A stretch of DNA of 64,000 nucleotides. Origin: an uncultured Planctomycetia bacterium. Its GTDB lineage: Bacteria > Omnitrophota > Gorgyraeia > JABMRG01 > JAFGKX01. The DNA lies in contig CAZMYR010000002.1 of the NCBI GenBank assembly GCA_964570585.1, positions 7,313 to 71,312 on the forward strand, written 5' to 3'. The notes below the pieces were generated by a model. The model was not told the DNA's origin and did not search any database. It was given only the letters and a program-made list of their open reading frames with translations. Both the position numbers and the translations under genes were made by a program. Below, piece by piece: positions 49,769 through 59,187 of this stretch. Numbering within the stretch: position 1 is the first letter of the stretch; the number at the start of each line of letters is the position of its first letter.

Positions 49769-49824
49769 TTTACCCCGCCCTTCCTTAAGTATTTTAAATT
49801 ACTATCAGGAAGGGCGGGGTTCAC
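49769..49824. repeat. Intergenic 14-bp inverted repeat with IS200/IS605-end-like flanks
   Basis: TTT-ACCCCGCCCTTCCT ... AGGAAGGGCGGGGT-TCAC; overlaps the TGA stop of the 49821-50771 gene. Confidence 0.55.
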
Positions 49825-50771
49825 TCTATTTTTGCGCGGTTCTCCATTATTTTTTTAACAGAATAAGTAGGTTTTCCGGTAGTCTCATAATATGCCCTGA
49901 CAGATATCTCGGCTAACAACCCCATTAGAATAAACTGAAATCCGATTATGATAAACACCACCATTATAAACAATAGCGGGCTTACCCATACCCCTCCAAA
50001 ATATATCTTTCTTATGACTATTAAAACACCTAACAATACTCCTAAAATATTCGATACAATACCTGGAAAACCAAAAACATAGATAGGGTTACTTATATAA
50101 TTGTTAATAAATTCAGCAGTAAAAAAATCCAAAACCACTTTAAAAATACGGCCCAAACCATACTTCGAGTTACCACGGAATCTCTTTCTATGAGAAACTT
50201 CTACTTCGGCGATAGAAGCTCCTTGCCTTGCTGCATATATAGGCAATAATCTATGCATCTCTCCATATAGCCTCATCTTCTTAATTATATCTTTTTTATA
50301 AACCTTAAAGGTGCATCCGAAATCATGCAACTTAATTTTGCTAAGTTTTGAAATTAAATAATTCGCTATATAGGAGGGAATTTTCTTTGTAAAAAGGGGA
50401 TCCTCCCTCTTCCTGCGCCATCCACTAACAACATCAAAACCTTCCTCCATCTTATTAAGAAGCTTTGGTATATCCGAAGGGTTATTTTGCAAATCAGCAT
50501 CCAGAAAAACTATTATCTCTCCCCGCGAATAATCTATCCCTGCCTGCATAGCTGGTGTCTGTCCATAATGCTGGCTAAGCTGCACTAATCTTATTTTTTC
50601 AGAAGAATTAGCAATATTAATCAACGCCTTGAGACTATTATCTCTACTTCCATCGTCTATATATATAATCTCATAATCTTGGACCAGTGATTTCAATACC
50701 TTATTAAGTTCGCTATTTAAGACATTAAGATTCTTCTCCTCATTATATACAGGAATTATTACTGAAATCAT
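49821..50771 (-). CDS. ArnC/GtrB-like undecaprenyl-phosphate glycosyltransferase (GT2)
   Basis: IPVYNEE, DDGSRD, FLDADLQN, DVVSGWR, HDFGC, GEMHR, two C-terminal TMs. Confidence 0.92.
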   Translation of the reverse strand: MISVIIPVYNEEKNLNVLNSELNKVLKSLVQDYEIIYIDDGSRDNSLKALINIANSSEKIRLVQLSQHYGQTPAMQAGIDYSRGEIIVFLDADLQNNPSDIPKLLNKMEEGFDVVSGWRRKREDPLFTKKIPSYIANYLISKLSKIKLHDFGCTFKVYKKDIIKKMRLYGEMHRLLPIYAARQGASIAEVEVSHRKRFRGNSKYGLGRIFKVVLDFFTAEFINNYISNPIYVFGFPGIVSNILGVLLGVLIVIRKIYFGGVWVSPLLFIMVVFIIIGFQFILMGLLAEISVRAYYETTGKPTYSVKKIMENRAKIE

Positions 50772-50786
50772 AAGCTAAGACTCCTA

Positions 50787-50935
50787 AGAATAGCACCGTT
50801 TCTGAAAGCAAAGGGGCAAGTGTCCCCCTTGCGGGCCCTGCATAATCGCGAAGCGATTAAGCAGGACTAGTCCTGTTGAAATCCTTTGGATTTCTACAGG
50901 GGACATTTGCTACTTTGCTTTCAGAAACGGTGCAT
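50787..50935. repeat. Compound palindrome: GCACCGT-family inverted repeat enclosing a hairpin that carries a 66-bp mini-element
   Basis: 21-bp IR GCACCGTTTCTGAAAGCAAAG / CTTTGCTTTCAGAAACGGTGC; inner GCAAGTGTCCCCC-TTGC-GGG[insert]GACATTTGC. Confidence 0.75.
50836..50901. mobile_element. 66-bp double-hairpin mini-element
   Basis: C-CCTGC-A-TAATCGC-GAA-GCGATTA-A-GCAGG-ACTAGT-CCTGT-T-GAAATCC-TTT-GGATTTC-T-ACAGG-G. Confidence 0.8.
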
Positions 50936-50942
50936 CCTACGT

Positions 50943-53900
50943 TTACTCCCTCCCCCCTAAAACCATTATTCCCTTAAATCTTTTAAGAAACCATAAATAG
51001 AAACAAAATAACAGAGAAATCATAAATAAGAAAAATAAAATTAGTTTCTTATAAAAAGGCCTTTTAATGAGAAGATATTCAGAAGGGGTAGCCAAGTACT
51101 CCTCTTGCCTTTGAGCTATAGAGGGTGTTTTTAAATCCTGAAGTTTATTTATAGACTCTCTTAAGCTATCTATTTTCTCCTGTTTAGTTAATTTATTTAG
51201 AGAAGTAACTGCATTTAATTCTTTGCCTTCTTTTAAATTGGTTTCTTTTACCTCTAAACCCAACGTTAGGGCTAAATCTAACAGCTTCTCTCCCCTTTCT
51301 TTCCTTACTGGCCAGGTATTGCCATCTTCGGTTTGCCAGAGGTAGTGCCAGTCCTTCTCTGGCAAGGGTGTGACCAAACCAAACCTCTCCGGTTTCTCAT
51401 AAATCTCGGTACCGGCAATTAGATGAAGGGTATTGATGGATTTAATGGTATCAATATAATCAGCATTTCTTTTAATAAAATCTACTGTTTGCTTAAACTC
51501 AACCTCGCCTTCACCAGGAAACCCAATCATAACAAAGACCTCGGTTTTAATCCCCGCCTGCTTGGCAGCCTGGATAGCCTGTTCAGCCTCCTGAGAGGTG
51601 TATATCTTTCTCATCTTCTTTAAAACCTTATCAGAGGCGCTCTCTAAACCTATCTGTAAGACATCGCAACCAGATTCCTTCATCCTCTTAAATAATTCCC
51701 CCCTCATTTGCCTGGAAGGGGCAATCTGGCCATCCCAAGAAATTCTCAAATCTCTCTCCTTAATACAATCGCATATCTTAGATAGCTCCTCGGGGTCTCC
51801 GTTAAGAAGATTGTCGCTGACAGTAAACTTCTTTATCCCGTATTTATTCACATGGTGAGATAATTCCTCCGCAATAGATTCTACCTTCTTCATTCTGTAG
51901 CCAGGGGCTAAGCGAAAATTTTTGCAGAAACTACACTTTCCTCTACAACCCCTGGACCACTCAACCAGGAAAGCGTTTGAATGATAATTTTCTAAATCAA
52001 ACTCCTCATAGGTAGGAAAGGGCGCTTTTTCTAAATCCAAGGGGTCCCTCCTATTATATACCCAGTGATTATTCTTCTTAGTTACTGCTCCAGCTATTCC
52101 GGTTAATTCTTCTCCCTGATTTATCCTTTTAATAATCTCCAAAAGTGTCTCCTCCCCCTCTCCCACTACAAAGGCATCGATATCGTTACCCACATTATCT
52201 AAAAAACCCCTTCTTTGATACTCGGTAGAACAAGACGGTCCACCCAAAATAATCCTTTTATAAGGGGCCTTTTCCTTAAGCCTTCTAATCACCTCGATGG
52301 TAATATTTTCCCTGGGGTCAACTACGGAAAAACCGATTATATCTGTGGCTGAATTAGCCAAGGTATCAACACAATAATCTAATTGTTCTTTAAATAAATC
52401 CAAGAGTGCAGAGAAGGTATATTTATCATTCCAGAAATTCTTATTCTCCACATGCCAGAGCATCTTAAAATCATCACCAATAGTATTATGAAAATAGACG
52501 TTAAAATCGTAAACCTTGGGATTGAGCCTATATCTTTTTAAATAAGAAGCAAGATAGGCTAATCCGATAGGGGGATTATTCACTCCCCAGGGAGGTAGGG
52601 CAACAAGAAGAATATCAGCCATCTTCTTTCTAAAATCCATAGCTTGTAAATCCGTAGATTTCTCGATAAGATTAGTGCTGAAAATTTGGATATCCAGATC
52701 TTTTAAAACACTGATTACTCTTTCAGTTCTTCTCTTACGGGCCTTAAAATTATTTCCATCGGCAGTATACCAATGTGAATCTCTTAACTCTGGAGAAGAA
52801 GGGAAAAAAATTCCATATTTCTCGGAATTTATAGAGCAGTCGTTTTCTCTAACCGCATTACAGGTATTAATATTTGTTACTCCTGAAATATAATTTCTGT
52901 TCTTTTTAATAAATTCGATAGTTTGCTCAACATCAGCTTCTGTTTCTCCGGGAAATCCAAGAATAAAATTTAGCTGGGTGTTTATTCCTGCCTTACGGGT
53001 ATCCCTCAATACCTCTTCTATTATATCTATTGATAAAGACTTTCTCATCTTTTTTAAGACCTTATTTGAACCAGATTCTATGCCATAATTTAAGGTTAAG
53101 CATCCCGCCTTCCTCATCTTATATAAAAGTGGGTATCTCATTTGTCTTCTTGCTATTGCCAGAGCTATCCAGGTTAATTTATATTTTGAACCAATAATTA
53201 AATCGCATAATTTTCCCAACTCATTTATATTGCCATTAATGAGCGCGTCGTTGAAATAAAAATTGTTTATCTTATTCTTCTCAACATGGTATTTAATCTC
53301 CTCGAACATATTTTCAGCAGTCCTTATTCTATATTTGCCTGTTGCCCTCCAATCATCGCAAAAGGCGCATCTATTAATACAGCCTCTGCTCATTAAAAGA
53401 GGCAGGGCTTTCTCTGTATACTTCTCAAGGTTAAATTCCTCAAAAGTGGGATAGCTCAAGCTATCAAGTGAATTAACAAACTGAGGAATCTCAAAATTAT
53501 TTCCTTTGAGCCTACAAGAAACCACTCCGGGAATATCTATGGATAGATAATTCTCTTTTATTTTACTAACTAATTTAAACAGTGTCGGCTCTCCTTCACC
53601 AAGAACAAAAAAATCAATTATATCTTGAGGGAAAATTTGTTCTCTGTCCTGTTTTGACAAACAACCACGACCGCCAACCACAATTATTTTATCGGGGGAC
53701 CTTTCTTTAATCTGCTTGATTACCTCAATAGTGAATAACCTGTTTGAAGCGCAGACAGAAAATCCATAGATATTTGTATTTGAAAAAGAGAGAATTTTCT
53801 CCGCGCAATACTCAACTTCATTCTTTAATAGTTGCTTAAGTTGAATAAATGAATCCCAATCGCACCAATGTTTGCTGTTGTCCAAATTCCATAATTCTTT

Positions 53901-54071
53901 AACTCTATCACTAACTTTTTCATAAACATCGATATTTAGATCCAGAACTCCTGCCCTTATCTTTCTTGCTCTTAAATTTGCCGATAAATAAGCTAAACTC
54001 AAAAGTGGCATTTTTACTTCCCATGCTGGACAAGCTACCAAAATAATATCCTTATCGTTTATCATGTTCAA
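50943..54071 (-). CDS. Tandem double cobalamin-dependent radical SAM enzyme with a C-terminal TM anchor
   Basis: Two complete modules (SRGCINRCAFC and SRGCRGKCSFC); hydrophobic tail LILFFLFMISLLFCFYLWFL. Confidence 0.9.
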   Translation of the reverse strand: MNMINDKDIILVACPAWEVKMPLLSLAYLSANLRARKIRAGVLDLNIDVYEKVSDRVKELWNLDNSKHWCDWDSFIQLKQLLKNEVEYCAEKILSFSNTNIYGFSVCASNRLFTIEVIKQIKERSPDKIIVVGGRGCLSKQDREQIFPQDIIDFFVLGEGEPTLFKLVSKIKENYLSIDIPGVVSCRLKGNNFEIPQFVNSLDSLSYPTFEEFNLEKYTEKALPLLMSRGCINRCAFCDDWRATGKYRIRTAENMFEEIKYHVEKNKINNFYFNDALINGNINELGKLCDLIIGSKYKLTWIALAIARRQMRYPLLYKMRKAGCLTLNYGIESGSNKVLKKMRKSLSIDIIEEVLRDTRKAGINTQLNFILGFPGETEADVEQTIEFIKKNRNYISGVTNINTCNAVRENDCSINSEKYGIFFPSSPELRDSHWYTADGNNFKARKRRTERVISVLKDLDIQIFSTNLIEKSTDLQAMDFRKKMADILLVALPPWGVNNPPIGLAYLASYLKRYRLNPKVYDFNVYFHNTIGDDFKMLWHVENKNFWNDKYTFSALLDLFKEQLDYCVDTLANSATDIIGFSVVDPRENITIEVIRRLKEKAPYKRIILGGPSCSTEYQRRGFLDNVGNDIDAFVVGEGEETLLEIIKRINQGEELTGIAGAVTKKNNHWVYNRRDPLDLEKAPFPTYEEFDLENYHSNAFLVEWSRGCRGKCSFCKNFRLAPGYRMKKVESIAEELSHHVNKYGIKKFTVSDNLLNGDPEELSKICDCIKERDLRISWDGQIAPSRQMRGELFKRMKESGCDVLQIGLESASDKVLKKMRKIYTSQEAEQAIQAAKQAGIKTEVFVMIGFPGEGEVEFKQTVDFIKRNADYIDTIKSINTLHLIAGTEIYEKPERFGLVTPLPEKDWHYLWQTEDGNTWPVRKERGEKLLDLALTLGLEVKETNLKEGKELNAVTSLNKLTKQEKIDSLRESINKLQDLKTPSIAQRQEEYLATPSEYLLIKRPFYKKLILFFLFMISLLFCFYLWFLKRFKGIMVLGGRE

Positions 54072-54103
54072 AGAAATACCTTAAGAGCACTGAAAAATTA
54101 CAT

Positions 54104-54985
54104 TTAATGTAAATAAGTTATTGCTGCCTCGCATCTTTTACAGATAAAGTCTTCTGGAGATTCAGTTTTACCCTCGACCATATCCCAGACCTTCTTTCTT
54201 CTTCCATTCCAGATCTCATAAATAGAAGAATTCTTTACATTACCCAATACTACTTCCCTCCTCCAATCCATACAGCAGATAACAGCATCGCCATTGTATA
54301 AAATAGGAAGTAACTCATTTGCCCAAATAGTGGCGCATCCACCGACAGAGGAATGTCTCACTTTGGGCAGAGAGCTAACATTTCCTGCTCGAGAGATAGG
54401 CCCTTCAAAATAGCTTATCTTTCTTATTCCTTTTTCTTGCCAGAAATTAAAGGTTTCCTCTTTCTCTTTCTCAGTCAAATACTTATGTTTTAGGAAGGTA
54501 ATTATAATAAATTCTTCAATATTTCGTCCAGACCTTCTGACCATTTCGATAAACTGACCGATTCTTTTTAGGGTAAGCTCAGGATTTAGGCCCGTAGCAC
54601 CGTAAATAGTTTTTGGATATATTCCATGAACGCTTATCCCTACCCAATCTAACTTAGAATTAATCAAGGCCATGGAGAGCTCTTCTGTTAAAAGGCTCCC
54701 ATTGGTCAAGATATGGATAGAGCTTTGAGGATTCTTTTCTTTAGCATAATTTATTTTTTTTACTATATCCTTATCCATCAAGGGTTCATTCATAAGATAG
54801 GGCATAATTCTTTCTATAGAAGAATTATATTGGCTGCACTCATCAACAATTTTTCTGTACAGATTCCCCTCCATATTGCCTTGAGGCAATTCATCTTTAA
54901 CCTCAGGATAAGGGCAAAAGATACACCTGCCATTGCAGCATGATGCAGTCTGGATCATTATATATTTAGGAAATTTTAAATGCAT
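54104..54985 (-). CDS. Radical SAM enzyme with a twitch/SPASM domain
   Basis: CNGRCIFC, MNEPL, GC...ICCMDW...CKRC. Confidence 0.9.
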   Translation of the reverse strand: MHLKFPKYIMIQTASCCNGRCIFCPYPEVKDELPQGNMEGNLYRKIVDECSQYNSSIERIMPYLMNEPLMDKDIVKKINYAKEKNPQSSIHILTNGSLLTEELSMALINSKLDWVGISVHGIYPKTIYGATGLNPELTLKRIGQFIEMVRRSGRNIEEFIIITFLKHKYLTEKEKEETFNFWQEKGIRKISYFEGPISRAGNVSSLPKVRHSSVGGCATIWANELLPILYNGDAVICCMDWRREVVLGNVKNSSIYEIWNGRRKKVWDMVEGKTESPEDFICKRCEAAITYLH

Positions 54986-54987
54986 AG

Positions 54988-57111
54988 TTAGATGGTATGT
55001 AGTTCGTGTGCTGAAATACCTATCCTTCCTGAAAAGTTCAGGTTATCTTTCATCATTCGCGCATTTAACATCCTTGCCTTCATTCTCTTAGGGCAATTCT
55101 GGACCTGGCCTAATACATTTAATTTGTTACCTGAAAAATCGAAAATAATATCTGGAAGGTTTCCTAAATCATCGCTCCTTAATTCTAAACACCCATTTTG
55201 ATGGTTGCCTAAAGTTATATCTCGCCAGATGCCTTCTGCCTCAGGGAAGTCTCCTTGCTCATCACCGCTAACCCAAGTCTTATATCTCTCAGAGGCCATT
55301 AAGCCCACTTTCCACTCCCCGATATCCAATTCTTTATTTAAATGGTTAGTTACCTTCCAGTGAAGCCGGCCTGAACCATCTATGGCCATCTTCCAGAGCT
55401 GGGTTATGGGCAGATTATCCCACTTGATCCAGGCAATAAACCGATGCCGGCCCATCTTTATCTTCCAGTGGCCCTGGGATGAATCGTGCCAATTTTTTCC
55501 GAGCTTAAAGGAGCTATTTAGACCCACATCTTCGGTTACCTCCTTATCCTGATAGTAGAGCTTTAGCCATCCATTATTCCAGCTAAGTTTTAGGGAATTT
55601 CTGATAATACTCCTGTCCCTGCCTCTATCTTCCCTCGCCTTATTGAGCTTATTAATAACCCTCCTTAGCTTCCAACCTTCGAATTTCCCATCTTCCATAG
55701 GATAATGATTAATTATCAAATGAGGTATTTTTAACTTATACAAAGTTAGAAGCACTTTTCGGAGTCGTTTCATCCTTACCTTAAAATTATTACCTGTATT
55801 ATCGTAGAAGTAATTCCAATTATCACTGGGTAAATAAATTCCGTACTTTTCAGGATGAAGCCCGATGTCTGCTGTAGGGTTAATAAATAAGGTTGAGACA
55901 TTGGTTACCTCATGGATATATTCCTTATTTCTCTCAATGAAATTAAGGGTCTCCTTAAAGCAAAAATTGTCTTCGCCAGGATGACCAACGATAATATTAA
56001 TAGTTGTCCGGATTCCGCTTTGGTAGGTTGCTCTGACTAGTCTCTCGGCATCCTGGCCGGTATAAGGCTTGTTCATCTTCTTGAGTACTTTATCCGATGC
56101 GTTATCCATACCGTAACATAAATTTCTGCATCCTGCTTCTTCCATTTTCTTAAGTAGTTTAAACTCCATATCTTTTCTTATAACAGCATAACTGCCCCAG
56201 TTAAATTTTAATTTTGATTCAATAACTAAGTCACAAAATGCCTCCAGTTGTCTGAGATTGCCATTACATTCTAAATCGTTGAATGAAAAGTTATTGCAGT
56301 CGTTATTCTCGATATGAAACCTGACTTCTTCTAATATGTCCTCCGGCTTCTTCCATCTATACGGTGCGCACATAGCGCAGTCAACACAAAAACTACATCG
56401 GCGAGGGCATCCCCTGCTCGATAAAAGGGGTAAGATTCTTGTATTTTGCTTAAGATATAAAGAGTACAAACTTAAATCAAATTCTTCAAATGTGGGAAAA
56501 GGGATAGTATCTAATTTCTTCACTGGGTCAGGTCTTTGCTCACCAATATATTTCCCATCTCTATGCATTAAAGTACCGGGGATGTCTCCGATAATACCTT
56601 TTTTATAAAATGAAATCAGGATATTTAATAAGGGTTTTTCTCCTTCTCCAATTACAAAAATATCCACCAAGCCCTTTTTAACTTTATAGAAATCCCAATA
56701 ACAACCTGGCCCGCCAAAAATTATTATCCTTTTCTTATCCCTTTGCTTGATAATCTCTGTAATCTTCTCTGCTACAAATAAACTCATATAATTAACTGAA
56801 AAACCGATAAATTTTGTTTCTATAGATAAAACTTGATTAACAAAAGAATCTACCTCTTTATCAAAAGCCCCTACTAAATCTTTGGCCACCTGTCGAGGGA
56901 GAAGTTGGAATAGGGTCTCGATCTTCCAAAATCTTTTATTCTTTCGAGAGGCCTTATTGTATAGGTAAGCATTAAGATCGATTATCTTTGAATTGAACCT
57001 ATGGCTATTTAGATAGGAAACCAGATAAGCGATACCTATAGGAGGCATCTTTGTCTCCCAGGGTGGCACCATAACCAAAACAATATCGGGTTTCTTAACT
57101 TGACTATTCAT
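54988..57111 (-). CDS. Cobalamin-dependent radical SAM enzyme with a Trp-rich beta-strand C-terminal domain
   Basis: VPPW, PPIGIAYL, SRGCPRRCSFC; ~220-aa C-terminal extension. Confidence 0.9.
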   Translation of the reverse strand: MNSQVKKPDIVLVMVPPWETKMPPIGIAYLVSYLNSHRFNSKIIDLNAYLYNKASRKNKRFWKIETLFQLLPRQVAKDLVGAFDKEVDSFVNQVLSIETKFIGFSVNYMSLFVAEKITEIIKQRDKKRIIIFGGPGCYWDFYKVKKGLVDIFVIGEGEKPLLNILISFYKKGIIGDIPGTLMHRDGKYIGEQRPDPVKKLDTIPFPTFEEFDLSLYSLYLKQNTRILPLLSSRGCPRRCSFCVDCAMCAPYRWKKPEDILEEVRFHIENNDCNNFSFNDLECNGNLRQLEAFCDLVIESKLKFNWGSYAVIRKDMEFKLLKKMEEAGCRNLCYGMDNASDKVLKKMNKPYTGQDAERLVRATYQSGIRTTINIIVGHPGEDNFCFKETLNFIERNKEYIHEVTNVSTLFINPTADIGLHPEKYGIYLPSDNWNYFYDNTGNNFKVRMKRLRKVLLTLYKLKIPHLIINHYPMEDGKFEGWKLRRVINKLNKAREDRGRDRSIIRNSLKLSWNNGWLKLYYQDKEVTEDVGLNSSFKLGKNWHDSSQGHWKIKMGRHRFIAWIKWDNLPITQLWKMAIDGSGRLHWKVTNHLNKELDIGEWKVGLMASERYKTWVSGDEQGDFPEAEGIWRDITLGNHQNGCLELRSDDLGNLPDIIFDFSGNKLNVLGQVQNCPKRMKARMLNARMMKDNLNFSGRIGISAHELHTI
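55026..55417. repeat. 392-bp direct repeat, second copy at 57177-57568
   Basis: Identical sequence at offset 2151 encoding the C-terminal domain. Confidence 0.9.
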
Positions 57112-57156
57112 TACTAAAAAATATCAATTCAGATTCTTCATTTTTCTCATTACTCT

Positions 57157-57568
57157 CTACTTTTTAAGCACTATCTTTCCTGAAAAGTTCAGGTTATCTT
57201 TCATCATTCGCGCATTTAACATCCTTGCCTTCATTCTCTTAGGGCAATTCTGGACCTGGCCTAATACATTTAATTTGTTACCTGAAAAATCGAAAATAAT
57301 ATCTGGAAGGTTTCCTAAATCATCGCTCCTTAATTCTAAACACCCATTTTGATGGTTGCCTAAAGTTATATCTCGCCAGATGCCTTCTGCCTCAGGGAAG
57401 TCTCCTTGCTCATCACCGCTAACCCAAGTCTTATATCTCTCAGAGGCCATTAAGCCCACTTTCCACTCCCCGATATCCAATTCTTTATTTAAATGGTTAG
57501 TTACCTTCCAGTGAAGCCGGCCTGAACCATCTATGGCCATCTTCCAGAGCTGGGTTATGGGCAGATTA
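57157..57568 (-). pseudogene. Detached, out-of-frame C-terminal domain behind the 57555-59042 radical SAM gene
   Basis: Copy of the 54988 gene's C-domain (NLPITQLWKMAIDG...) in a different frame from the upstream ORF, with stops just 5'. Confidence 0.6.
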
Positions 57569-59042
57569 CTCCACCATCTTCATTAATGTGCTTATCTTTC
57601 TTTTCCTCTAAGACTTTATTTGTAAACTCAATACATTCTGCTTCCTCGGTATAGGGAATATGCGATTGGCTAGCTAGATTTTTCAACTCTTTAATCTTCC
57701 TCTCTCTAACCTCTCTTGTATTATTTTCACGAGGTATATGCCAGTTAAATTCGCCACTATCTTGAGGAAAAGTAATGCCGTATTTTTTCGGGTTATGAAA
57801 TATTTCTGAGCCAGTCATTATGTACAAAGGGTTTATAGACTTTATTAAGGTAATAAATTTAGTGTTTCTTTTTAAAAACTCTTTAGTCTCATTGAAATCT
57901 TGCTCTGTTTCCCCCGGATACCCTACTATAAAGTAAAGGCATGTTTTTATACCCACTTTATGAGTGTCTCTTAATACCTTCTCTGCTATTTTTCTGGTAA
58001 ACATTTTTCTCATTGCTTTTAAAATTTTATTAGACCCACTCTCTATACCATATTCCAGCCGAAAAAAACCTGCCCTTTTCATCTTTCTTAACAAATCTTC
58101 GGTCATTTCTCTGCGTGAAATTGCCAAACCAGTAATATTTACAAAAAGCCTATTTTTGATTAACAAATTACAAGTTTCCTCTAAAACTTTAATATTTCCA
58201 TTTGCCGCCGCATCAGATACACTTATGTACTCGATATTGTATTTTTCTTTATAAAATTTTATTTGATTAAAAATATTTAAAGCTGATTTAGACTTGAAAA
58301 AAGGGAAAATACTCTTAACGCTACAAAAAGGGCAATTCCCTATACAACCACGAGAAAATTCCATTACAACGCAATTAGAAGACTTATATTCATTTAAATT
58401 GAATTCATCAAATGTAGGATAGGGAAAATTATCTAACCGTTCACCAAACTCAGGAGTTAAATCATCAAAAAAAGTTTCTTTAACCAATACACCTTTTATA
58501 TCAATAGCTTTTGTATTTTCTTTATTTAAAATAGATAATAATAGTTTATATAAAGCTGTCTCTCCCTCGCCTAGTACACAATAATCAACGTAATCCTTTA
58601 TTTTGTTAAGTAAAACTTCTCTTTGTTCTTTTACAGTAACATTTACTCCTCCAAGAACTATTATTTTAAAAGGAGATACGCGCTTAACCCTTTTTACTAT
58701 CTCTTCTAAAATTAGATTGGAACTATCAGTAAGTGAAGACAGACCTAATACTGGCGAGGAAGAGTTAACTATTTCGTCTATAAGTGAATTTAGATGGGTC
58801 TTTATTTTTTCATCGAATTTTAAAAGTTCTTCTTTTTGTCGCCACCAGTGAGCATAATTCATAGACCATAAATATCTGCATTTTTGGGGAACCCCGTTAT
58901 ATAACTTAGTATTAAAATCAAAAATTTCTGTACTTATGCCTTTATCTCTTAAATAACTACTAAGACAAGCCGTCCCCAAAGGAGGAACATCCACTCCCCA
59001 TGGAGGCAGGTTTACTAATAAAATATCTGGTTTATCTGACAT
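57555..59042 (-). CDS. Cobalamin-dependent radical SAM enzyme
   Basis: LPPWG, PPLG, SRGCIGNCPFC, GIESGS, VGYPGET. Confidence 0.9.
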   Translation of the reverse strand: MSDKPDILLVNLPPWGVDVPPLGTACLSSYLRDKGISTEIFDFNTKLYNGVPQKCRYLWSMNYAHWWRQKEELLKFDEKIKTHLNSLIDEIVNSSSPVLGLSSLTDSSNLILEEIVKRVKRVSPFKIIVLGGVNVTVKEQREVLLNKIKDYVDYCVLGEGETALYKLLLSILNKENTKAIDIKGVLVKETFFDDLTPEFGERLDNFPYPTFDEFNLNEYKSSNCVVMEFSRGCIGNCPFCSVKSIFPFFKSKSALNIFNQIKFYKEKYNIEYISVSDAAANGNIKVLEETCNLLIKNRLFVNITGLAISRREMTEDLLRKMKRAGFFRLEYGIESGSNKILKAMRKMFTRKIAEKVLRDTHKVGIKTCLYFIVGYPGETEQDFNETKEFLKRNTKFITLIKSINPLYIMTGSEIFHNPKKYGITFPQDSGEFNWHIPRENNTREVRERKIKELKNLASQSHIPYTEEAECIEFTNKVLEEKKDKHINEDGGVICP

Positions 59043-59187
59043 ATATCTTTTGCAAATCTTTTCTCTTCAACGGCTCATTCAGTATAAAACTCAAATTCTC
59101 AATACCGCTGCTGCCATTTTACCCTTTATTATCAGAGATGGATATCCTTTATTAAATATCCCTTCGGACTCTAAAGGTATGAAAAGA

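Noticed and set aside
50943-59042. RiPP cluster (N-termini resemble RiPP-associated B12 radical SAMs)
   Set aside because: No plausible precursor peptide, RRE or peptidase-transporter seen; the context is glycosyltransferases.
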